DNA from: a virus
Taxonomy: Duplodnaviria > Caudoviricetes
Strand: one strand, 5' to 3'
IMG/VR virus record: IMGVR_UViG_3300047374_000128
Span: 1 to 27,610 of that record
Length of the DNA stretch: 27,610 bases
Below, in pieces: positions 1 through 7,300 of the stretch. How positions within the stretch are numbered: position 1 is the stretch's first letter; each line of letters starts with the position of its first letter. A model generated the notes under the pieces. The model had not been told where the DNA came from. It was given only the letters and a program-made list of their open reading frames with translations, and did no database searches. Made by a program: the position numbers and the translations under genes.

Positions 1-40
1 TCCTTGTCAATCTGCTTCTGAACTGCTTCCTTGTTATACT

Positions 41-346
41 TCATTCTACCACAACCTCCACACGGTTATCAAAATCACGACCAGCCATCTGAAAGGGGAC
101 ATACATGATACGACCCACACGTTGCATATCGTGTTCTACAGAGCCTGTCACAGAGTCCTTGACGAAGATGGTGTACCCGTCACACATGTAGACCTTGCGA
201 GGAGCAGTGTAGTGGGGTTTCGCCCAAATCGCACCCTTCTCAAGTACCTCACCGACGAGGTAGGAATCGGGACGATCTGACATCGGTTCAAAATCGTATG
301 CGCGGATCATGTCTCCGACGTTCGCAGTGTTTTCAAATTTCAACAT
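41..346 (-). CDS. hypothetical phage early protein
   Basis: 101-aa ORF with an AAGGA RBS, downstream of the early promoter at 520-547; no recognisable motif. Confidence 0.75.
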   Translation of the reverse strand: MLKFENTANVGDMIRAYDFEPMSDRPDSYLVGEVLEKGAIWAKPHYTAPRKVYMCDGYTIFVKDSVTGSVEHDMQRVGRIMYVPFQMAGRDFDNRVEVVVE

Positions 347-355
347 AATAAATCC

Positions 356-487
356 TTAGTAGACGTAGGGTTCAACTGGGTGGCCAGCAGAGAGTTGTAT
401 CGCGGCGTAGACGAACATCCAGAGGATGGCGTTACCGAAAAGAACTTCGGCGAATCGTTGGGGACTTGCGGGTTTCAACTTGATCAT
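356..487 (-). CDS. small hypothetical membrane protein (43 aa, not in ORF track)
   Basis: Manual translation MIKLKPASPQRFAEVLFGNAILWMFVYAAIQLSAGHPVEPYVY*; GAGAGAG leader; one hydrophobic segment; first gene after the promoter. Confidence 0.65.
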   Translation of the reverse strand: MIKLKPASPQRFAEVLFGNAILWMFVYAAIQLSAGHPVEPYVY

Positions 488-519
488 TTGTTTCTCTCTC
501 AACTCAACTTTACATATAC

Positions 520-583
520 ATTATATCAAATCTGAGAAAGAAGTCAACACTTTTTTGAAACTTTTTTATGTGAATATTACACA
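520..583 (-). promoter_or_regulatory. sigma70-type early promoter cassette, copy 1
   Basis: Minus strand TTGACT(547-542)-16 bp-TATAAT(525-520), upstream A-tracts, and an imperfect palindrome TGTGAATATTACACA at 569-583. Confidence 0.8.
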
Positions 584-584
584 A

Positions 585-878
585 TTATCGACGCATAGAC
601 GCAAGGTCTTTCATCTGTTGTTCGTCGATAACCGGAATAGCGTTCGACTTGTGCATTGTACCGATTCCCTTGACTAGGGTGCCGGTGTAAGACAACTGAT
701 CAGGCTTGGCAGTTGCACACCCGCCGCTATCAGCAGAAGGGTAATGAACGTCATCACCACGATAACTAAATGTGTCCCTAAGTGGTTTAAACTCCACTGG
801 TTTGCTTTTCTTAGTAGTCCATGCATTGTATGTTTTTCTCCTTCCCGATGGGGTGTGTCTCATTGAACCGTGAATCAT
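585..878 (-). CDS. conserved hypothetical phage protein
   Basis: 97-aa ORF; C-terminal YTGTLVKGIGTMHKSNAIPV resembles a common T4-like phage hypothetical family; ATGA overlap with the upstream ORF. Confidence 0.75.
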   Translation of the reverse strand: MIHGSMRHTPSGRRKTYNAWTTKKSKPVEFKPLRDTFSYRGDDVHYPSADSGGCATAKPDQLSYTGTLVKGIGTMHKSNAIPVIDEQQMKDLASMRR

Positions 879-1042
879 AGTTCTTGTTCCATTCTACGCA
901 ATATCTGTTGCATCGCACCCAACTCAGCAGTTAAAAAATGAAACTTGGTATTGGGTTCGGTGTTGTCGATGGGCAGTTTACGAATCTGATCCATCTTTTC
1001 GTTGATCTCTTCTTTAACAATCTTAAGCACTAGTTCTTTCAT
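875..1042 (-). CDS. small hypothetical protein (55 aa, not in ORF track)
   Basis: Manual translation MKELVLKIVKEEINEKMDQIRKLPIDNTEPNTKFHFLTAELGAMQQILRRMEQEL*; GAGG RBS; fills the gap; its TGA overlaps the next ATG. Confidence 0.7.
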   Translation of the reverse strand: MKELVLKIVKEEINEKMDQIRKLPIDNTEPNTKFHFLTAELGAMQQILRRMEQEL

Positions 1043-1589
1043 TCTTTACCTCAAACCATGATGGTACTGGACGACTAGTCCACGTCATACTAAACCGATC
1101 TTGCTTGGTCTGATAGAATGCGCGGTATGACTCGACTGGACACTCTAGCATACACTCAGGGTTAGAACCCATAGCAAGCTTAAACTGTGTACGCTCGACG
1201 CGTGGTATACGCACCGGCGGAGTCATAAGTATACTACGTAGAAGGGTGTCTGTCAAGTGTCGTTTACCATAACGATACATATATTCATCACAGAGAGCAA
1301 CGAAGTGTTTGTAGTGCCAGATGTAGTTGCAAACCGACTCCATCGTCCAGACGGTGCATGGGTGATGATGGTGGACAGCCTTGTAGAGCACATCGTCTAG
1401 TTCGGGATGATCGTAATATTTGATCATGGTCTTGCCAGACTTGGATGGTTTACGATACACTTGACCGTCAAGCATACGATGCGCAGTTGACAACATCTGT
1501 GCTGACTCGACAATCATTTTGACTACATGTTTGTCACACTGCTCTTGTGCTGCTAACACAGGATCTTTGTTAAGTACAAAAATATTCAT
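1023..1589 (-). CDS. pyrimidine dimer DNA glycosylase / endonuclease V (DenV)-like protein
   Basis: MNIF...CDKHVVKMIVESAQMLST..H and HPCTVW motifs typical of the pyrimidine-dimer glycosylase-like family; GGGGAG RBS. Confidence 0.8.
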   Translation of the reverse strand: MNIFVLNKDPVLAAQEQCDKHVVKMIVESAQMLSTAHRMLDGQVYRKPSKSGKTMIKYYDHPELDDVLYKAVHHHHPCTVWTMESVCNYIWHYKHFVALCDEYMYRYGKRHLTDTLLRSILMTPPVRIPRVERTQFKLAMGSNPECMLECPVESYRAFYQTKQDRFSMTWTSRPVPSWFEVKNERTSA

Positions 1590-1616
1590 ATATTATTCTC
1601 CCCATTCAGTTAGAAT

Positions 1617-1645
1617 ATTATAACCGATTATTTCATAGTTGTCAA
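1617..1645 (-). promoter_or_regulatory. consensus sigma70 promoter
   Basis: Minus strand TTGACA(1645-1640)-17 bp-TATAAT(1622-1617), upstream of the DenV-like gene. Confidence 0.85.
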
Positions 1646-1654
1646 CACTAGATG

Positions 1655-1662
1655 TATAAATA
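1655..1662 (+). promoter_or_regulatory. T4-type late promoter
   Basis: Exact TATAAATA 5 nt before the ATG at 1668. Confidence 0.75.
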
Positions 1663-1667
1663 AATGC

Positions 1668-1922
1668 ATGACTAACGAATTATTTGATTTTGGATTCACT
1701 GCAGTAGACGAAACGGAGCTAGAAGCGTTTCAACAACTGGAGTCGATTGTTTCTGAGGCAGACGATGTACAAACGCGTCTGGACAATCTGTACAACGCGA
1801 TACAACCGCTGCTGACGAACCTCAAGAAGAATCCTGAAAAGGAATACATCTTGTGGCCGAATCGTCTTGATAAGATCGAAGAGTTCGAGTCATACATACA
1901 AAACATCTATAAGGGACCCTAA
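1668..1922 (+). CDS. conserved hypothetical phage protein
   Basis: 84-aa ORF with FDFGFTAVDE and NPEKEYILWPNR motifs that I recognise from T4-like phage hypotheticals. Confidence 0.8.
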   Translation: MTNELFDFGFTAVDETELEAFQQLESIVSEADDVQTRLDNLYNAIQPLLTNLKKNPEKEYILWPNRLDKIEEFESYIQNIYKGP

Positions 1923-1925
1923 CCA

Positions 1926-2777
1926 ATGTTTTATAGCACAAAAGACGAATCAATACTACGCGATGGCGTAACTCTCTCCAATCTGTCCGGTAGGATTAAA
2001 CACCGCTTTGTACAAGAAATCAACAGTGTTCTTAAGCAATCTACTACAGATAAAGGTAAGTACCTACGTTACAAGAACCACGATATTAACATTGTCGAAG
2101 AAGCATTTTCTCGCGCTCCAATGTTTTGCAACGCTATTGTATCTCGCGGATACAAGAATGTCCTATTCGTAGGTCACTACAATGATCATCAAACACACTG
2201 GATGTTAGATAAGTTCACCGGAAGAATGATTGATGTTCTTCCACCAGAACGAGATCACATGCAGTATTTCCCAGACCTGAATATCGTGGCTCAGTTTATT
2301 CCAGTTACACTAAAGATGATGGGATATGATATGTCATTCACAGTCGCTCGTCCACCAGAAGCAAAGCATAAAGGTGTTATGACTTCTGTGTATGAGTTTG
2401 CTGGTCTTGTTAATCATTCTCTCCCTTGTTCTCAACAATACAAGCACGGTCAAACATCATGGTCACTAACAGGTGATCACGAGAAGTTTGATGCGGTTGT
2501 GTTCCTTGGCGTACCTATGGTAGACCAAGGCGTAGGATTTGAAGAAGATCAGGTACGTGAAATTTTTGCACCGATGTGCACAGAAGATTTTGAGATGGTA
2601 GATATCTATTACGGATTACCATCTCCAGTGAAGTGGTTTAACGGAGAAGAAAAAGACAGCACAACTATGGTTGATGTTGCGTTCTCTGTTCGTTCGGGAT
2701 GGGATCATGATGTTAAGACCGGCGGTGGCCGACCAGAAGAATATGAGATCATGAAAAAGATGATCAAAGTATTCTAG
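1926..2777 (+). CDS. hypothetical protein, possible degenerate Rossmann/methyltransferase-like fold
   Basis: 283-aa ORF with an AAGGGA RBS, followed by a terminator; KNVLFVG and KFDAVVFLG strands suggest an alpha/beta fold (weak). Confidence 0.75.
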   Translation: MFYSTKDESILRDGVTLSNLSGRIKHRFVQEINSVLKQSTTDKGKYLRYKNHDINIVEEAFSRAPMFCNAIVSRGYKNVLFVGHYNDHQTHWMLDKFTGRMIDVLPPERDHMQYFPDLNIVAQFIPVTLKMMGYDMSFTVARPPEAKHKGVMTSVYEFAGLVNHSLPCSQQYKHGQTSWSLTGDHEKFDAVVFLGVPMVDQGVGFEEDQVREIFAPMCTEDFEMVDIYYGLPSPVKWFNGEEKDSTTMVDVAFSVRSGWDHDVKTGGGRPEEYEIMKKMIKVF

Positions 2778-2803
2778 GAACTTACCCGACAGTAAGAAAC
2801 ACG

Positions 2804-2827
2804 AAGGGGGCGCAAGCCCCCTTTTTT
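2804..2827 (+). terminator. intrinsic terminator
   Basis: AAGGGGGC-GCAA-GCCCCCTT followed by a T run, with a GNRA loop, between convergent genes. Confidence 0.9.
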
Positions 2828-2957
2828 ATATCCAGTATAAGAACATGCCCGCAATGGCACACCAGATAAGAACGTTGGGTCTGTCTTCCCAAACATGAGC
2901 GAAATCTTCGCCCGTGTACTTAATGAAATCTAGTATGTATTTTACTTGTCGTTCCAT
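2826..2957 (-). CDS. small membrane protein (43 aa, not in ORF track)
   Basis: Manual translation MERQVKYILDFIKYTGEDFAHVWEDRPNVLIWCAIAGMFLYWI*; GGGGA RBS; hydrophobic C-terminus. Confidence 0.6.
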   Translation of the reverse strand: MERQVKYILDFIKYTGEDFAHVWEDRPNVLIWCAIAGMFLYWI

Positions 2958-3589
2958 ATGCGTGTCCCCACTTCGACTTTCGCATTCTCTGGTAGTTTGA
3001 ATTTAATATCAGAATGCGTGTGGTGTATTACAAACTGTGTGTTTTTGAACTCTTGGAAGAACTTGGACCAGATAGGTCTCCAGTTGCTAGACATACGATG
3101 TACATTCAATGGACTACGATCACTGGTTAAGAATGTGTCGGTGTAACTGTTCAGGTTCATATCGAACATCGCATCGAACCCGTACATATGTACCTCATCA
3201 GCTTTCATGATACGACACGCATAGTCGGTTGCCATATGACCACAAGAGTAATTAGTCGCGGCATCTGATAGAGAATGTCCTGGCAGTTGTGCGTACGGTG
3301 GGACAAAGACGTGAAACCCTTTGATGTTCACAGAGTACTTAAGATAAAATGCAGGGGTCTGTTCCATCCACTTACGCGGACGTGTGCCCAGTACCCAATC
3401 ATACTGATCTAGCTTTACCCGACCTTCGTGTAATGCCTTCATCATCTTAAAGTCTACCATGCAGGATGCGAACACCTCTTCAGGCGGTAGGTTAATAGGT
3501 GGCATGTTGCACACTAAAAGCAACCCGTCTGTTCCTCTGGTAAAAATACGGGCACTTTCTCCGTTGCCCAATACATTAACTCTTTTCAT
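2942..3589 (-). CDS. sialyltransferase-like (GT29/GT42/Maf-type) Rossmann-fold protein
   Basis: VLGNGES, NYSCGHMA and EVHMYGFD match the GNGPS / TSG / IYLxGxD pattern; start moved to 3589 because of the ATGA overlap with the upstream gene. Confidence 0.6.
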   Translation of the reverse strand: MKRVNVLGNGESARIFTRGTDGLLLVCNMPPINLPPEEVFASCMVDFKMMKALHEGRVKLDQYDWVLGTRPRKWMEQTPAFYLKYSVNIKGFHVFVPPYAQLPGHSLSDAATNYSCGHMATDYACRIMKADEVHMYGFDAMFDMNLNSYTDTFLTSDRSPLNVHRMSSNWRPIWSKFFQEFKNTQFVIHHTHSDIKFKLPENAKVEVGTRIWNDK

Positions 3590-3942
3590 TTCGGTTCTCT
3601 GTGGTATGTTCCATATACGCAGTGCGCAAGTTCGTGACCCCATGTGGTCATATGTTCATCGGCCTCGCCTTCAGGTACAATGACATAGATCTCGCAACGA
3701 GACATCTCTCCAGTTGTTTTAGAAAGAAACCAACGCGAGTATCCTATTGCAGATTCGTCGTGAGTCTTGATGTCTTTGACTGCCTTATCAAATTCTCTCT
3801 GAGTCTGAAACGTATGTACGGTTATAGGAAATTGGATTCCACTATAGTCTTGCGTACCAGAAATCTTTTCGCTTTCTTTAGATGGTTCGCAGGAAACTAA
3901 GAACAGTGCAAGCAGCGCGATTATTGCTATTTTAAATTTCAT
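3586..3942 (-). CDS. predicted lipoprotein with HExxH zinc-metallopeptidase motif
   Basis: Signal peptide MKFKIAIIALLALFLVS-C (lipobox); WGHELAHCVYG near the C-terminus. Confidence 0.7.
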   Translation of the reverse strand: MKFKIAIIALLALFLVSCEPSKESEKISGTQDYSGIQFPITVHTFQTQREFDKAVKDIKTHDESAIGYSRWFLSKTTGEMSRCEIYVIVPEGEADEHMTTWGHELAHCVYGTYHREPK

Positions 3943-4270
3943 ACCTTTCTGCGTGTCCTTTTTCGGTCAATAAAGTATTTAGATTTATATTACCTTCTAG
4001 AAAGATTTCGCCAAGAATACGGCCGTACTTACCCTCTTTGTATGTGATAAGAGTAACTTTTGAATCTACGGGTGCCATCTCGTTAACAAATGCTTTTGCT
4101 GCAAGTCCTTTACTTTTTTCTTCAAGGTCTCGTGTGCGAGACTCGTAAGCATCAATGCCATATAGACGAATCCGCTGATTGTGAAAAATGATACCAAAGC
4201 CAAGGTCAATATCAACATCGACGGTATCACCATCAACCCATCTACGTATTGTTGCTTCATACTTGTACAT
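3932..4270 (-). CDS. thermonuclease (staphylococcal nuclease-like)
   Basis: VDGDTVDV, RIRLYGIDAYE and GKYGRILG motifs; probable start MYKY at 4270. Confidence 0.9.
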   Translation of the reverse strand: MYKYEATIRRWVDGDTVDVDIDLGFGIIFHNQRIRLYGIDAYESRTRDLEEKSKGLAAKAFVNEMAPVDSKVTLITYKEGKYGRILGEIFLEGNINLNTLLTEKGHAERYEI

Positions 4271-4274
4271 TTCT

Positions 4275-4490
4275 TTACTGAGATGGAATTCTCTGGGCGA
4301 CACCTAACACGTCCTCATACTCTGCTACTTGTTTGAGTTCGTGCTCTAGTGCTTCCATAACATCTGAGTGTTCGCCGATACCCGATGGGTTCGTCAAATA
4401 CACTTCTACATTCGCTTTGTGATAAGCGATCTTACCTTCAAGATGAGCAATAACTCCCTCGATCATTCTTGTTCGTAAATCCATAATCAT
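4275..4490 (-). CDS. conserved hypothetical phage protein
   Basis: 71-aa helical ORF with VEVYLTNPSGIGEHSD motif; overlaps the upstream stop. Confidence 0.75.
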   Translation of the reverse strand: MIMDLRTRMIEGVIAHLEGKIAYHKANVEVYLTNPSGIGEHSDVMEALEHELKQVAEYEDVLGVAQRIPSQ

Positions 4491-4951
4491 CCTTGTGACC
4501 TTGCTTTTTCAATTGCGCGAGAACCAAACCAGAACGAAATGATGGCTGCAAAGATTGCCTTTGTGTCATCATCCCACAGAATGTTTAGTGCCTGTGTCAA
4601 TGACATTCCGTTGGTCACCGCTTCCTGTAATAAAGTAATCTCAATCGCAGCGAACAGTATGAAGAATGCATACGTGATCACTGGTCGTACCGACTTCTGC
4701 AGTGCGGACATAAACCCTGTTCCCTGAGAAATCGCTGTGTCGTGTTCTAAGAGCGCCTTCTGTTCTTCGTGAAGACCCATCTCTTGAAACCTTTTAATCT
4801 CGTGGTCATACCCCTTCAGTTGGAGTTCCGCCATCTTCTCCATCTTCTTGAGTTCAAACTCCATTGTTCTTTTGGACTTATAATGATCTGTGATAGCAGG
4901 AACAACCGAACTACCGAACCCAAGTATCGAACCAATTAAACCACTCAACAT
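4487..4951 (-). CDS. holin-like membrane protein (3TM holin-like)
   Basis: Amphipathic N-terminus, SVRPVITY followed by a TM segment, AAIISFWFGSR C-terminal motif; GGAGG RBS. Confidence 0.65.
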   Translation of the reverse strand: MLSGLIGSILGFGSSVVPAITDHYKSKRTMEFELKKMEKMAELQLKGYDHEIKRFQEMGLHEEQKALLEHDTAISQGTGFMSALQKSVRPVITYAFFILFAAIEITLLQEAVTNGMSLTQALNILWDDDTKAIFAAIISFWFGSRAIEKARSQG

Positions 4952-4960
4952 ATGACCTCC

Positions 4961-5620
4961 TTATTTAGTCATCATTTCGCGAATCTTATCGTTACCTTTT
5001 CTACCTGTGTGATGGATAACAATAGGATCTTTTACGGCTATATTATCTATGTAGTCAATTCGTAACGTATTATATGTATGAGGTAGAGGATATATTTTAC
5101 TCAACTTCTCTATAGGCGAGTACATGTAGTGCAGTACCTCTTGATCTCCTTGTTCTGGTGCGGACTCCGTACGTAACATCCACGACTCTAATACAAGGTT
5201 TCGGTCAGTCATCACCACGCCTGAATTGTACCAGTCGCCGTTTTGGGGTCGGCGCGTGGTCCAAGGACGATCTATCACCATACCTAATTTGCTGTGTTCA
5301 AAGTGTTGCCAAATAGAATCGATGTCGCCGTTTATCTGACAGTCAGTATCTAACCAACAAACCTTGAATCCGTCTTGTGTCGCGTTGTAGATTGCACGAG
5401 GTTTTTTGAACCAACCGTCCACTGGTGATTCTGTGTGCACAACATAGAACTTATTTTCATACATCGGATGTTCTTTAAGATTGGATACCATATCCTCCGA
5501 CATACCAAAGTTTGCAATCATCAATGGAACATCGGACCACTGAAGAAAATTCTCCAGAAACCAAGGCAGTTGCCATTCGGTATTGCTGTCACATCCTGTT
5601 AAAAAATTTCGTCTATACAT
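4961..5620 (-). CDS. GT-A fold glycosyltransferase (nucleotide-diphospho-sugar transferase / GT8-like)
   Basis: WFKKP, WLDTD (DxD), YNSGVV, GDQEVL and IHHTG motifs. Confidence 0.8.
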   Translation of the reverse strand: MYRRNFLTGCDSNTEWQLPWFLENFLQWSDVPLMIANFGMSEDMVSNLKEHPMYENKFYVVHTESPVDGWFKKPRAIYNATQDGFKVCWLDTDCQINGDIDSIWQHFEHSKLGMVIDRPWTTRRPQNGDWYNSGVVMTDRNLVLESWMLRTESAPEQGDQEVLHYMYSPIEKLSKIYPLPHTYNTLRIDYIDNIAVKDPIVIHHTGRKGNDKIREMMTK

Positions 5621-6263
5621 CTATCAACTCGTACTCATCACTATAGTTGTGTTTCGCAATCGTGCCTTTATGGTTTTGCACGGTAGAGAAACTATCATCG
5701 GCATATGCACAATACGGGTAGTATTCTTGTAGCCACCCGAATCTACTTATATGTAGGAATACATCAGCTGGACCCGCCTCGCGTCTCGCACGTTTTGTTA
5801 ACAACTTCGCGCCCATCGGAGTAACGATATAGGCGTGACAGCCGGGGAAGTATGGTTTAGAAATCAGTGGACCCCAACCTAATGTCGCTGGCGTGTTAAA
5901 CTTTCCAAACGAGGGTTGTCCTATGTTGCCTACAAAGTTTGGTGGTGTCGCAGGCAATGGCGCAGTCATAATCGCATCATGTTCAAAGATTGCAATGGGT
6001 TCATTCAAACTCATAGATGTTTTCCACAATGTATAGTGCGAAAGAAAACAAGCAATGCAGTTGTCTCGTTTTGAATACTGGTCGTTAAACCTCTCTGTAT
6101 TAACTATACCAGCGTTCTCACATATCTTGTCCACATCATTCTTCGGCGTGATCGCAGCCATCTTTTCAATAGTCAGTCCATATTTTTTGCCCGACTCGAT
6201 ACACCTTTCTGCAGATAATCGTGACTGTACATTACTATTGATTGTGATAACAAATGCTCTCAT
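5613..6263 (-). CDS. glycosyltransferase family 25-like protein
   Basis: AFVITI, ACFLSHYTLW, IFEHDA, AYIVTPMGAK and PAD motifs; GGAG RBS favours the ATG at 6263. Confidence 0.85.
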   Translation of the reverse strand: MRAFVITINSNVQSRLSAERCIESGKKYGLTIEKMAAITPKNDVDKICENAGIVNTERFNDQYSKRDNCIACFLSHYTLWKTSMSLNEPIAIFEHDAIMTAPLPATPPNFVGNIGQPSFGKFNTPATLGWGPLISKPYFPGCHAYIVTPMGAKLLTKRARREAGPADVFLHISRFGWLQEYYPYCAYADDSFSTVQNHKGTIAKHNYSDEYELIDV

Positions 6264-6278
6264 ACGCACTCCGTAGAC

Positions 6279-6310
6279 AAAAAAAAGACAGGTCGGTTTC
6301 CCTTCCTGTC
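6279..6310 (-). terminator. intrinsic terminator
   Basis: Minus strand GACAGG-N12-CCTGTC followed by T8. Confidence 0.75.
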
Positions 6311-6334
6311 TCTTATATAGTTTGGTGTTAAGTC

Positions 6335-7033
6335 TTACAGAGAATCAACAAACTCGTCGATTTCTTCTGCTTGTTCTCTCGATAAGAACTCTTTGTGAAT
6401 ACCTACTCGATCCAAAAGACCCGGCGCTTTCACTTCACTGCGCAGTTCGCGCACACCACATTCCTGTACAACCAAGTCAACGATGTCTAAAGACACTTCG
6501 CGTTTTGCTTGTCCAAATGTTGCAAGTTCCGGATTGTCTTGACGTGGAACCAATAGACTGACTAGTTTTGTCAAGAATACTTGTGGTTCTTCAACCAACT
6601 GTTCGTATGAGAATTCAAAATCATAGACTAGTTCGGATGATTCTTTTTCAAACGCCGCAACCAAATCAAACCCTAAAGAACTATCGCGAAACTCTTCCCA
6701 CGAAACATCTGGTGCAAAAGTTTTCCAAGTCTGAACCATCGCGTCTTTGTGATCACGAGTCATTCTAAAGAGATTAGCAGTGGCGGCTTTCGATAACCTT
6801 TCTAGACTAAGACCATCTGTAACTGGAGTGTGTCCCAGACTAGTCGCAAAAAGAGGTTTCCACATCCACTGGTGAGCAGTAGCAGATATCTCTAGATTGG
6901 TCAAATCTTTAGGTAGACTTTGATTAAAACGGACATACATCCCATACATATTCTGTGCAAAGTCTGCACCTGAACAGACACTGCCTACCATGTAGTGATC
7001 GTCCAGAGATACTATTGAGTATACTTCTTCCAT
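6335..7033 (-). CDS. sulfotransferase-fold protein (degenerate)
   Basis: GSVCSGAD (5'-PSB-like position), TRDHKDAMVQTW (RDPxDxxVS-like), SYEQLVEEP (YEDLxxDP-like), VGIHKEFLSREQ (GxWK..S.EQ-like); GAGGA RBS. Confidence 0.55.
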   Translation of the reverse strand: MEEVYSIVSLDDHYMVGSVCSGADFAQNMYGMYVRFNQSLPKDLTNLEISATAHQWMWKPLFATSLGHTPVTDGLSLERLSKAATANLFRMTRDHKDAMVQTWKTFAPDVSWEEFRDSSLGFDLVAAFEKESSELVYDFEFSYEQLVEEPQVFLTKLVSLLVPRQDNPELATFGQAKREVSLDIVDLVVQECGVRELRSEVKAPGLLDRVGIHKEFLSREQAEEIDEFVDSL

Positions 7034-7086
7034 CTTGGTATTATTCCTCGTTTTTGGGCTGCGTGATTAACACAATTAGATGAATG

Positions 7087-7094
7087 TATTTATA
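7087..7094 (-). promoter_or_regulatory. T4-type late promoter
   Basis: Exact TATAAATA on the minus strand, upstream of 7033. Confidence 0.75.
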
Positions 7095-7298
7095 CTAACT
7101 TTGCTCTTGATATATTGTCCAAAGTCCATAAAGTACACCCGCATATGCGCCTAGTGTAATAATAGACTCAAATAAAATGTAGCTAGCACACAGTGCGACG
7201 ATAATCGCGCCGTCGTATGTAGTGCGTTCGCCTAGTCGTGACATCACCCACTGCTTTGCTAGTGATGCGTATACCGATACCGCTGAAAAATTAAACAT
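7095..7298 (-). CDS. small two-TM membrane protein (holin-like)
   Basis: RLGERTTYDG followed by two hydrophobic segments. Confidence 0.65.
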   Translation of the reverse strand: MFNFSAVSVYASLAKQWVMSRLGERTTYDGAIIVALCASYILFESIITLGAYAGVLYGLWTIYQEQS

Positions 7299-7300
7299 AG

